A stretch of DNA of 64,000 bases from assembly GCA_018334835.1 (NCBI GenBank), contig JAGXLF010000002.1, positions 19,585 to 83,584 of the forward strand, in the 5' to 3' direction. How positions within the stretch are numbered: position 1 is the first letter of the stretch; each line of letters begins with the position of its first letter. Source of the DNA: Thermoplasmatota archaeon (GTDB taxonomy: Archaea > Thermoplasmatota > Thermoplasmata > Halarchaeoplasmatales > Halarchaeoplasmataceae). A program made the position numbers and the translations under genes. Below are positions 8,678 through 18,429 of this stretch, piece after piece. The notes beneath the pieces are model-generated. The model worked only from the letters and a program-made list of their open reading frames with translations. It was not told the origin of the DNA and ran no database searches.

Positions 8678-11311
8678 ATGTTAAATATAAATAAAAGTTT
8701 CTCGTTCGTTGGGAGGGAGAATCAATTACAAGAACTTATTGATATTTTAGAGGAAATTAATAAAGGTAAAACTTACACTGTATTTATCGTTGGAGAGCCT
8801 GGGATAGGTAAGACGTTTTTGATAGAAAAGATTAAAGAGAAAGCATCCTCCAAGGGATTCATCTCATTCGAAGGCACCTGTAAATACGGTGACTCTACAC
8901 CTTACGCTCCTTTCCGAGAAGCTTGGGAGGACACTCCGCTAGAAAACGCGATCCAAGAAAGGGAATCTAGAGAGGTAGAGGACAAGAGTATGTTCCACGC
9001 AAATAGGAATGCATATTTCTTTGAAACGGCTGAAAGACTGAAGGAGATCTCATCCGAGAAACCTATAATGTTGGTTCTTGACGACATCCACTGGGCTGAT
9101 CGAGGATCCCTTAATTTATTCCACTATTTAGCAGACCGGATCGAAAATAGTCCGATATTATTGGTAGGGTGTTACTGTCCCGGCGACGCTTTACCTGGGG
9201 AAGGTTTCTTGGATACAAAACAGCAGATGTCAAGGAATAATCTTTTTTCTGAATTTGAATTAGGCCCTCTAAATATTGAGGAAACTGGCGAGATGATAAG
9301 TTATGCTGTAGATTCAGAAAACGTACCTGATGATTTCATCAAGAAGGTTCATGAGGTTACACAAGGGAATCCATTATTCATCAAAGAAAGTATTCTCCAA
9401 ATGCTTGAAGAAGGGATCATAACTGAAGAAGATGGTTTTTCCGTAGACTGGGAAGAATTTGATCAACCCCTAGTTATACAAGAGGTTGTAAGGAGAAGGA
9501 TATTTCGACTAGAAGATGATGCAAGGGAGATCTTACAGATCGGTAGCGTCATAGGTAAGAAATTACCCTATGAATTGCTCACCCATCTATTCCAGAAGGA
9601 GGAGATTAAAATGCTTAATGCCATTGATGGGCTTTTACAGAACAGGTTATTGATCGAAGACGATAAAGATGATGAAAATATCTATTTTCCCCACAACGTG
9701 ATAAAACAAATAGTTTACGATGGAATAGGTGAATGGTTAGAGAAGAAGAAACTTCATCTAAAAGTGGCAGAGGCTATCAGAGGCTTTGACACTAAAGATG
9801 AGGAAGTTAACTATCATAGATTAGGTCATCATTATATGAAAGGAGAAAAATTTGAGATTGCGCTAAAATATTTCCTCAAAGCGGGGAAGCAGGCCGAAAA
9901 AGTATATTCTCATGAAGACGCCATAGACAGGTACAAAAAGGTATTATCGCTCGCAAAAAAGAAAGAAAAAATAGAAGAGAAAATAGAAATCGTCGATATC
10001 TTTGAAAAAATCGCCGATGCTTATTCACTTCTCGGTAGATATGAGGAAGCCCGTGATTACTGGTATAAAGCTCTTAACGATTCACAAGATACTGGAAGAA
10101 AACAAAAGATTTACAGTGAAATAAGTATGACTTGGAAAGAACAGGGAGAATACGAAAAGGCATTGGAAATGGTGGAACAAGGTTTAAAGTTGGAAGATGG
10201 AAGTTTCAAATCTAGAGCTCAGCTTTTGGATAAAAAAGGATGGATATTTTTAAGACGTTCACAATACCAAAAAGCAGAAGAGATTTTCAAAGAGCAGATT
10301 AGAACCGCTGAAAAGATAAAGAATAGTCGTTCTATCGCTCAAGCTTATCATAATTTCGGAACAGTATGTATTTATCTTAAGGATTTTGAAAATTCTGAAA
10401 AATACCTTAAGAAAGCTAAAGAAATACGGGAAAAAGAAGAAGAATTAAAAGAACTAATTAAAACTCTGAATAACCTAGGAAGTTTGTACGAAAGTATCGA
10501 TATTGGCAGTTCTCTTGATTATTACAAACAGGCTTTCAATATCAATAAGAAAGTCCATGATGTCGCTATGGAGGACACAATTTTGAACAATATCGGTAGA
10601 ACGTATTACCATAAAGCAGAGTTCGATAAAGCGATAGACAATCTTCTCGAAAGTATTGAAAGCAAAGAAAGAAGGGGGAACAAATACGGTATATCTCTCT
10701 CTTTAGTGAATTTGGGCGCTATCCACGCTGAAAAAGGAGAACTCGATAAAGCTCTAGATTACCACGAACGCAGTTTAAATATCGTTGAGGAACTAGGTGA
10801 AAATTATTGTAAAGCAATAAATCTGAGAAATTTGGGATATATATCCAGCCTAAATGGAGAGCTCGACGAAGCACAGACACACTACCAAGAGAGCCTAGAA
10901 GCGTCTACACAAGTTGGCGATAAAACCCAAAACGCTGAGACTCATGCCGCACTTGGTAGACTCTACCTGAGAAAAGGGTCGATCGAGAAGGCTGAGGAAG
11001 AAGCTACCCAAGCATTGAAGATTTCCAAGAAAGTGAAGTCGGCTAGAGAGAGCGCGATAGCTAACCGGATTTTAGGGAGAGTGTTTTGGGAAGAGGGGGA
11101 AGAAGAAAAAGGATTAAACAAGCTTGAAGAGGCAGAAAGCACATTAGAGAAGAGTGGATTCCGCCTTGAATTAGCTAAGACTCGGCTGTATCTAGGAAAA
11201 TTTGTAAAGAACAAGGATGGAAAGAAATCTGAAAAATATTTACGTGAAGCTAGAGATATATTCGAACGGAACAGCATGAAACCTTGGTTGGATATTTTAG
11301 AAACGGTTTAA
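8678..11311 (+). CDS. STAND (AAA16/MalT-like) NTPase with C-terminal TPR array
   Basis: 'FVGRE', Walker A GEPGIGKT, Walker B LVLDDIHWAD, GNPLF, then about 10 TPRs. Confidence 0.88.
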   Translation: MLNINKSFSFVGRENQLQELIDILEEINKGKTYTVFIVGEPGIGKTFLIEKIKEKASSKGFISFEGTCKYGDSTPYAPFREAWEDTPLENAIQERESREVEDKSMFHANRNAYFFETAERLKEISSEKPIMLVLDDIHWADRGSLNLFHYLADRIENSPILLVGCYCPGDALPGEGFLDTKQQMSRNNLFSEFELGPLNIEETGEMISYAVDSENVPDDFIKKVHEVTQGNPLFIKESILQMLEEGIITEEDGFSVDWEEFDQPLVIQEVVRRRIFRLEDDAREILQIGSVIGKKLPYELLTHLFQKEEIKMLNAIDGLLQNRLLIEDDKDDENIYFPHNVIKQIVYDGIGEWLEKKKLHLKVAEAIRGFDTKDEEVNYHRLGHHYMKGEKFEIALKYFLKAGKQAEKVYSHEDAIDRYKKVLSLAKKKEKIEEKIEIVDIFEKIADAYSLLGRYEEARDYWYKALNDSQDTGRKQKIYSEISMTWKEQGEYEKALEMVEQGLKLEDGSFKSRAQLLDKKGWIFLRRSQYQKAEEIFKEQIRTAEKIKNSRSIAQAYHNFGTVCIYLKDFENSEKYLKKAKEIREKEEELKELIKTLNNLGSLYESIDIGSSLDYYKQAFNINKKVHDVAMEDTILNNIGRTYYHKAEFDKAIDNLLESIESKERRGNKYGISLSLVNLGAIHAEKGELDKALDYHERSLNIVEELGENYCKAINLRNLGYISSLNGELDEAQTHYQESLEASTQVGDKTQNAETHAALGRLYLRKGSIEKAEEEATQALKISKKVKSARESAIANRILGRVFWEEGEEEKGLNKLEEAESTLEKSGFRLELAKTRLYLGKFVKNKDGKKSEKYLREARDIFERNSMKPWLDILETV

Positions 11312-11353
11312 ATCGTTTTTCTACCTAATCAGGTATTCTTCGAGGCCGAGACT

Positions 11354-13063
11354 TCAAGTTCTTTTGAACCACTTTTCTATCTCTTTCTCGGCAAAGCTTA
11401 CTATAGTTGGCCTTCCGTGTGGACAGGTATATGGATTCTCGACCTTTCCAAGTCTTTCCAAAAGTTCTTTAGCGCTAGTTATCGAAAGTTTATCTCCAGC
11501 TGTAACGGAATCATGACACGCCATATACTTTATCATCTCTTCACGCCTCTCTTCCAGAGAGTTGGATTTCCATTCGCTGAGTTCGTCGAGAACTGAATGG
11601 AGTATCTCCTTCTCTTGCACCTCTCCGAATATCACGGGAACGCCCCTCAGCCTAAAAGTGGTCTTTCCAAAATAATCGATATCAAACCCAAGTCTTTCAA
11701 GGAGTTCCTCGTTAGCTCTTAAAAGAGCTGCTTCTTTCGGCTTCAATTCTACGGTTTTCGGTGAAACGAGTTTTTGGCTGTCGATATCATCCTCAAGTTT
11801 GTCCTTGAGGTTTTCATAGTTTATCCTTTCATGCGCAGCATGTTGATCCACGATGGCCATTCCAGAAGGAGTTTCAACCACTATGTAAGAATCTTTTAGA
11901 ATCCCTAAAACGCTCATGTGAGAAAGTTTAGATTTTTCAATTTCCCTTTTTTCGTCCATCTCTAGTTTTGTTTGTTCGCCCTTAGACTTTTCTCCATCGA
12001 TAGTGCGATCTCTCTCCTCAGATATTTCTCCTGATCTCTCCACTTCGCTTTCAGTCGACCTATCCGGGATGAGGTCTTTCTTCAAAAGAGAATCATTTAC
12101 CGCTTCAGCTATCCTCTCTCTTACCTTCTCCGCTTCCAAGAATCGTATCTTCGTCTTGGTCGGATGAACGTTCACATCGATCTTTGCTGGATCTATATCT
12201 ATATCGAGAAAGGCTAAGGGATATCTTCCCTTTTTAAGCAGCGTTTCAAACCCGTCGACTATGCCGTTTTTCAAAACATTGTTTTTTACGTATCTGGAGT
12301 TCACATAAGTAAAAATATGTTTTCGATTTGATCGGGTGATCTCAGGCTTGCTCACGTACCCCTTTAGAGAAAAATCTTCTAATTCTTTTTCTACCTCTAT
12401 CATCTTCTTTGCAACTTCTTTACCGTAAATCGATTTTATGTTCTCCAACATCGATCTCGATTTCGGAATGAAGGTGAGCTCATTTTCATTGTGAGTGAGA
12501 GAAAATTCGACCTCTGGATTGGCTATAGCGTTCCGTGTTACGACTTCGCTGATATGAGCTAGTTCAGTATTTTTCTTCTTAAGATATTTCTTCCTAGCGG
12601 GAGTATTGTAAAAAAGATCTTTTACCTCTATAGAAGTGCCCACAGCACAGCCGGTCTCTTCGATCTTCTCAACATCCCCGCCGTCCAGGACGATCTTCGT
12701 TCCCTCCAACTGATCTTCAGATTTCGTCAAAGCAGTCACCTTTGAAACCGCGGCTATGCTCGGGAGGGCCTCGCCTCTAAAACCCAGACTGCTCAAGTCG
12801 TCTAGATCCTCGATATCCTCGATCTTACTAGTTGCATGTTTTTGAAAGGCGAGTTTTACCTCTTCTCTTGTCATACCGCAGCCGTTATCTTTTACCTTGA
12901 TCCTTTTTTGTCCTCCTTCTTCTACATCTACAGATATCTCATCGGCTCCTGCATCTAGGGAATTCTCTATCAATTCTTTAACTACGGATGCAGGTCTCTC
13001 GATGACTTCACCTGCGGCTATCTGATTCACCGTCTTCTCCGATAAAACATTGATCCTCCCCAT
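11354..13063 (-). CDS. mutL: DNA mismatch repair endonuclease MutL
   Basis: 'IAAGEVIERPASVVKELIENSLDAGA', 'GFRGEAL', 'DVNVHPTK', endonuclease motif DQHAAHERINYE, ACH, CPHGRP. Confidence 0.97.
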   Translation of the reverse strand: MGRINVLSEKTVNQIAAGEVIERPASVVKELIENSLDAGADEISVDVEEGGQKRIKVKDNGCGMTREEVKLAFQKHATSKIEDIEDLDDLSSLGFRGEALPSIAAVSKVTALTKSEDQLEGTKIVLDGGDVEKIEETGCAVGTSIEVKDLFYNTPARKKYLKKKNTELAHISEVVTRNAIANPEVEFSLTHNENELTFIPKSRSMLENIKSIYGKEVAKKMIEVEKELEDFSLKGYVSKPEITRSNRKHIFTYVNSRYVKNNVLKNGIVDGFETLLKKGRYPLAFLDIDIDPAKIDVNVHPTKTKIRFLEAEKVRERIAEAVNDSLLKKDLIPDRSTESEVERSGEISEERDRTIDGEKSKGEQTKLEMDEKREIEKSKLSHMSVLGILKDSYIVVETPSGMAIVDQHAAHERINYENLKDKLEDDIDSQKLVSPKTVELKPKEAALLRANEELLERLGFDIDYFGKTTFRLRGVPVIFGEVQEKEILHSVLDELSEWKSNSLEERREEMIKYMACHDSVTAGDKLSITSAKELLERLGKVENPYTCPHGRPTIVSFAEKEIEKWFKRT

Positions 13064-13065
13064 AA

Positions 13066-15699
13066 TCAGTCCTCCTCAGCATCGTTCTTCAACTTCCAAA
13101 GTTCGTTTATCGCATCCATAGGCGTCATGTTATCCACCTTCATCTCTTTTAATTTCTCCACAACAGGATGAGAATCCGACGAGGGACCTTCATCGCTCTC
13201 CGGGTCGAAAACCATTTGGGTAAATCTCGGACCATCGTGTTTTTTCATCTTTATCGTGTGGTCCTCTTCAATCTGGTTTAAAACTTCGTTGGATCTATCG
13301 ACCACAGGATCAGGAAGTCCAGCTAGTGAAGCAACGTGTATTCCATAACTCTCATCGGTACTTCCCTCTCTCACCTTTCTCAAAAACTTGATCTCACCGC
13401 CTGTATCTTTTGCAACTACATGAAGGTTTTTCACCTTATCTAAAGATTTTTCTAGCTCAGTTATCTCGTGATAATGAGTTGCGAACAACGTCTTTGCCTC
13501 GATCTCTCTGCATATGTATTCAGTTACAGCCCAGGCTATGCTCAGCCCATCGAAGGTACTCGTCCCACTCCCGATCTCATCTAACAGTATCAGACTGTTT
13601 TCCGAGGCACTGTGCAGAATATTAGCGAGTTCGACCATCTCGACCATGAAAGTGGATTGCCCCTTAGTAAGATCGTCCAATGCGCCTACACGGGTGAATA
13701 TGCGATCGACCATACCTATCTTCGCCTCTTCAGCAGGGACAAAGCAACCGACCTGGGCCATCAAAGTTATAAGGGCTATCTGACGCATATAAGTCGATTT
13801 TCCCGACATATTCGGCCCGGTGATTATCAAAAATTGATTATTGATATCATCTAGCTCGGCATCGTTAGGAACGAAGTTCTCGTCTATCGTTTTCTCTACG
13901 ACGGGATGCCTCCCTTCCCTTATCTCGATCTTTCCTCCTGGAAAGATCTCCGGGCGGTTATAGTTGTTCCTGATAGCAACATGAGCAAAAGTGGTCAATA
14001 CGTCCAATTCTGCAAGAGCTCCAGCAGTTTCCTGAAACCTCTCCGCTTCGGCACCAACATCTTCCCTTACCTTCTTGAATATCTCGTATTCCAGTGCCTC
14101 CATCTTTTCCTCAGCACTGATGATCTCCTCTTCCTTATCCTTCAGCTTCTCAGTATAATACCTTTCAGCATTTTTCAGCGTCTGCTTTCTTGAGTAATGT
14201 TCAGGAACTTTATCGGTCTTTGATTTTGGGACTTCAAGATAATAGCCGTGGACTTTATTATATCCAACTTTTAAATTATTTATACCAGTATTTTCTCTCT
14301 CCTCCTCTTCTAAAGAATTTATCCATTCTTTACCTTCCTTAGACTTTCTCTTCAATTCATCGAGTTCTTCATCGAAACTGTCCTTTATTATCCCGCCTTC
14401 TTTGACCGTTGCAGGCGGATCATCCACTATCGAGGACCCTATCTTCTCTCTTATCTCTTCAAGAGGATCGATGCGCTCGGATATTTCTCCTAATTTGTTT
14501 TGTTCTTTATCTTCAAACTCTTTCTCTATTAGCATTTTTCTTATAGAGGGGATCCTTGACAGCGCATCTTGAATAGCGAGAAGGTCCCTAGCATCGGCGT
14601 TGCCGTAAACCACTCGACTGATCAATCTTTCTAGATCATACAGACCGTCCATCTTTTCCCTTAAATCGTCCCTCAAAAATATACTGTCTGTCAATATTTC
14701 AACGGCATCTAGTCTAGACTTTATACTGTCCAGATCTAAGAGAGGCTGTTGAAGCCAGTTCCTCAATTTCCTCGAACCCATCGCAGTTACCGTCTCGTCC
14801 AAAACGCTCAAAAGCGTGCCTTCCTTACTCCTATCACGTAGGCTTCTAAATATCTCGAGATTTTTAAGAGTAGTGGCATCAAGTGTCATGTACTTATCTG
14901 GTGAGTAAAATCGAAGCCTTTTTATGTAGTTCATCGTCCTCTTCTGCGTATCCTTAAGATAGTCCAGTGTAGCACCAGCAGCTTTCACCGCCTTGTTCTT
15001 TCCCTTCAAACCAAAAGGCTCTAGGGAATTGGCATTGAAATGATCTAATATTTGACTTTTAGCTGTGTGAAAAGCGTCTTCACGATGGGTGTGGACCATC
15101 ATCTCGTTCTCATGCTTCAACTCTTTCAAAAATTCCTCATCATTGTAAAGGGAATTCGGAAGCAGACATTCGGTAGGTTCGTATCTTAGAATTTCCGAGA
15201 GTAGATCACCCTTTTCATCTACCTCAGTTACAAAGAAATCCCCCGTAGAGACATCTACTGCTGAAATACCATAGCCATCATCAGATTTTGAGGGTTCCCT
15301 CTTCCCATAGATACATATGAGGAAATTGTTCTCCGAACCCTCTATCATCCCGTCGTCAACGACAGTACCTGGAGTTACGACCCGGACTACCTCTCTATCT
15401 ACGATACCGCTGGCCTCATCTGGATCCTGGGTCTGCTCGGCGATAGCTACAGTGTAGCCCTTGTTTATCAGGCTCTGCAAATAGCTTTCCACTGAATGAT
15501 AGGGGACTCCTGCCATCGGAGTTGGATCATCGCCATCTTTATCTCTAGAAGTCAAAGTTATATCCAATTCGTCAGAGACGAGTTCTGCATCATCGTCGAA
15601 CATCTCATAAAAATCTCCCATCCGGAAGAAGACTATAGAATCCGGATACTCATTCTTTATCTCATAATACTGTTCCATCATAGGGGTCAGATCGCTCAA
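13066..15699 (-). CDS. mutS: DNA mismatch repair protein MutS (MutS1)
   Basis: 'TPMMEQY', mismatch-binding GDFYE, Walker A GPNMSGKS, 'STFMVEM', 'FATHYHE'. Confidence 0.97.
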   Translation of the reverse strand: MSDLTPMMEQYYEIKNEYPDSIVFFRMGDFYEMFDDDAELVSDELDITLTSRDKDGDDPTPMAGVPYHSVESYLQSLINKGYTVAIAEQTQDPDEASGIVDREVVRVVTPGTVVDDGMIEGSENNFLICIYGKREPSKSDDGYGISAVDVSTGDFFVTEVDEKGDLLSEILRYEPTECLLPNSLYNDEEFLKELKHENEMMVHTHREDAFHTAKSQILDHFNANSLEPFGLKGKNKAVKAAGATLDYLKDTQKRTMNYIKRLRFYSPDKYMTLDATTLKNLEIFRSLRDRSKEGTLLSVLDETVTAMGSRKLRNWLQQPLLDLDSIKSRLDAVEILTDSIFLRDDLREKMDGLYDLERLISRVVYGNADARDLLAIQDALSRIPSIRKMLIEKEFEDKEQNKLGEISERIDPLEEIREKIGSSIVDDPPATVKEGGIIKDSFDEELDELKRKSKEGKEWINSLEEEERENTGINNLKVGYNKVHGYYLEVPKSKTDKVPEHYSRKQTLKNAERYYTEKLKDKEEEIISAEEKMEALEYEIFKKVREDVGAEAERFQETAGALAELDVLTTFAHVAIRNNYNRPEIFPGGKIEIREGRHPVVEKTIDENFVPNDAELDDINNQFLIITGPNMSGKSTYMRQIALITLMAQVGCFVPAEEAKIGMVDRIFTRVGALDDLTKGQSTFMVEMVELANILHSASENSLILLDEIGSGTSTFDGLSIAWAVTEYICREIEAKTLFATHYHEITELEKSLDKVKNLHVVAKDTGGEIKFLRKVREGSTDESYGIHVASLAGLPDPVVDRSNEVLNQIEEDHTIKMKKHDGPRFTQMVFDPESDEGPSSDSHPVVEKLKEMKVDNMTPMDAINELWKLKNDAEED

Positions 15700-15784
15700 G
15701 TCTTCTATACCTCCTCTATCTCTGATATATTCGAGTTAAGATAGATTGACCTTAGGGTATATTAAATCTTTTTGAGAGTTCTGG

Positions 15785-17377
15785 TCAAAAGTCTTCTAAG
15801 TCGCTCTGACTTACCTTTAATCTTGTTTTCAATGACCGCATCATGGACTTTGGATTCTCGCTATTTTCAAGTTCTTTTTTAAGTTCGTACACGTGATCAT
15901 ACATCTTTTTTTCTTCGTGTCGACTTTTCCAATAGAAAGCTTCGTCTTTTGAATCTTCCGTAAGGAGCACATGGACTTTACCAAGATTGCTGTTCCTACC
16001 GGTCCTGCCTTTTCTCTGTATTGACCTGATCGCTGAAGGGACGGGTTCATAAAAAATAACCAATTCCGTAGACGGTATATCGAGACCTTCTTCACCAATA
16101 CTTGTAGAAACTAGCACGTTCGTCTCTCCGTCTCTAAAACTTTCTAAAACTTTTCCCTGCTCATCCTGACTCATACCATGATCGGCTTCTCTATCCGATT
16201 GTCCTACTAGCCTTGAGGGAAAAATATCTTCCATCCGTTCCAGCTCCTTGACCAGGTATTCCACGGTATCTCTGTACTGAGCGAATACCATCGCGTTTCC
16301 GTCTTCAAGTTCTTCTCTCAATATCTTCTTCGTTTCGTTCAATTTGGGATTTATCTCCACTGGCATGGCTTTTAGATCCATCAACTTTTCTCCTAATCTA
16401 TCGAATTCTTCCCTTTTTTTAATATATTTCGTGGCTCTACTTTCGTCATCTAAAAGGTTGAGATAATAGCGATGAGCAGCATCTATGCCTTGAGTAAGTA
16501 TCAATTCCTTTAGATGAGAGATCTTTATAGAAGCAGAGGTGAGGGAAAGAGCGTGAAAAAGATAACCTTTGTTCTCTTTTTTTATCCTCTCCTGGAGATC
16601 CTCTTGTATATCTATCAAAACAGATTTTCCTATTTCTTCTGCCTTCAGATTTCTTGCTTGTTTCGTGTAGTCGCTCAATTCTTCGATGAATTCCTCAAGC
16701 AGGGAGTTTGACCATTCCTCCATGACCACAAGTTCCTCGTTCTTTTCTAATTCGGTCCATTCCATGATCTTTTCAGATACGTAGGGTTCAACATCATCAT
16801 CTGTTTCCTTCCTCACTTCTATATTCTCTATTTCTAGGTTAGCACACACCTCGACTAATTTATCTAAAGAACTCCCTGGCGAGGCTGTTAAACCCAAGAA
16901 TTGCATCTTTTCCTTACATGCTTTTCCGATCTCTACATAGGCGTAATCCCCCGTAGCTCTATGGACCTCATCGAATACCATCAAGTCGATCGAGCCTATC
17001 GGTATTTCATGAAGATCGTTATTGACCGTTTGGGGGGTTGCAAGAAAAATTTTAGCATCTCCTTCCCATATCTCTTTCCTCTCTTCAGGAGAATAAAGCT
17101 CTCCCGTCAATAATTCGATATCGTTTTCATTGAGTGAAGTAGAATCCAATAAAAAATCAAGATGCTGTTTACATAGTGGTCGTGTGGGAGCCATCATCAG
17201 AGTTTTCTTACCACTTTCGAGCTTCCAACAAATCAAGAAAACTGCGATTATCGTCTTTCCAAGCCCAGTAGGAAGCACTACTAATGAGTCTTTTTCTTTT
17301 ATATTTTCGAAAATATTCACTTGATACTCTCTTTTTTCTAGTGTATCAGGATCGATGTATGAGGAAATACCCGACAT
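15785..17377 (-). CDS. hef: Hef/FANCM-like SF2 helicase lacking the ERCC4 nuclease domain
   Basis: 'REYQ', 'LPTGLGKT', 'DEVHRATGDYAY', 'LGLTASPG', 'QRKGRTGR'; ends after the helicase with PIP-like QSDLEDF. Confidence 0.88.
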   Translation of the reverse strand: MSGISSYIDPDTLEKREYQVNIFENIKEKDSLVVLPTGLGKTIIAVFLICWKLESGKKTLMMAPTRPLCKQHLDFLLDSTSLNENDIELLTGELYSPEERKEIWEGDAKIFLATPQTVNNDLHEIPIGSIDLMVFDEVHRATGDYAYVEIGKACKEKMQFLGLTASPGSSLDKLVEVCANLEIENIEVRKETDDDVEPYVSEKIMEWTELEKNEELVVMEEWSNSLLEEFIEELSDYTKQARNLKAEEIGKSVLIDIQEDLQERIKKENKGYLFHALSLTSASIKISHLKELILTQGIDAAHRYYLNLLDDESRATKYIKKREEFDRLGEKLMDLKAMPVEINPKLNETKKILREELEDGNAMVFAQYRDTVEYLVKELERMEDIFPSRLVGQSDREADHGMSQDEQGKVLESFRDGETNVLVSTSIGEEGLDIPSTELVIFYEPVPSAIRSIQRKGRTGRNSNLGKVHVLLTEDSKDEAFYWKSRHEEKKMYDHVYELKKELENSENPKSMMRSLKTRLKVSQSDLEDF

Positions 17378-17522
17378 CGCCTACCTATTACACTTGATAA
17401 GTAAAAGCTTTTCCATAGTTTAGTGTCGCCAGTATTTTTATGCAAGGTTTCTGCAACTGACAGATGTAAAAAAATCTGTAATAAATAATTTATACCTGTT
17501 CTTTTTTAGATGGATAGAAATC

Positions 17523-18371
17523 ATGGACCCTCTCTACCAAGGTACACTTTGGTTCGTTCCGAGTTTGATCCTACTCATACTTCTAGCAACTCTCTTCTTC
17601 GACGAGCACAAAAAGATGGATCTACGTTCTTTGAAAGACTCATTATGGGATTCTAGAGGCGCACTTTTGATAATGATCATCGTGGCTCTAGCCCTCCAGG
17701 TGGAAAATTTGATCCAAGACCTGTTTGAACCTGGTTTCAGAGTGACTGGATGGGTCTACAACATGGAGGGGGTATCACACATCGTCTGGTTACAGGAGCA
17801 TTTAGACTATTATCTACTAATACATGCTTCATCTATATTTTACGTCCTTGGTCTTTCCTTTTTCTTGTCATTGATACCAGTCTTATTTATTTTGAGAGGA
17901 GAGTCAGAGTTGTTAGAGGAATTCTCCAAAGCGCTTGCTGTAAATTACATGTTCATAATACCCGCATACTTGTTGATTCACCTGATGGTTACTTCTTCCT
18001 ATAAGGAAGTCGAGCCTCTTTTATATCAACATCCTCAGTACTACGCGATAATTCGTGCTACCAATCGACAGGTGAACTGCATGCCCAGCGGTCACATAAG
18101 TATCCCATTCACTATAAGCCTGTTCGCTATGTATAGTGCTAAATTAAAGAGACTCGCAGTCTTTGGATTCATATTTACGGCTTTAACCGTCTTCGTGATA
18201 ATATATCTAGGCGTCCACTGGTTGATAGATATCCCCGCGGGTATAGCGGTGGCAGTGATCGCTTACTGGGTAGCCTCTCAAGGAAAGTTGGATTTCATCT
18301 TTGATAGGATTATAGGTCCTTTTGAGAGATATACAGAGAAGATTCTTCAATCGATATTTTCTAAAGGTTAA
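17523..18371 (+). CDS. PAP2/AUR1-like integral membrane phosphatase or phosphotransferase
   Basis: 'NCMPSGH' and 'YLGVHWLIDI' PAP2 motifs; about 6 TM helices. Confidence 0.82.
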   Translation: MDPLYQGTLWFVPSLILLILLATLFFDEHKKMDLRSLKDSLWDSRGALLIMIIVALALQVENLIQDLFEPGFRVTGWVYNMEGVSHIVWLQEHLDYYLLIHASSIFYVLGLSFFLSLIPVLFILRGESELLEEFSKALAVNYMFIIPAYLLIHLMVTSSYKEVEPLLYQHPQYYAIIRATNRQVNCMPSGHISIPFTISLFAMYSAKLKRLAVFGFIFTALTVFVIIYLGVHWLIDIPAGIAVAVIAYWVASQGKLDFIFDRIIGPFERYTEKILQSIFSKG

Positions 18372-18429
18372 AATTATATATGTCCAGATGGATAGCTTTT
18401 TGTCATATATCGAATGTGGAGGAATGAAT

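Noticed and set aside
18322-18429. N-terminal extension of the MG-repeat protein
   Set aside because: Overlaps the PAP2 gene; the signal peptide and GGAGG site support a start at 18430 (or 18424)
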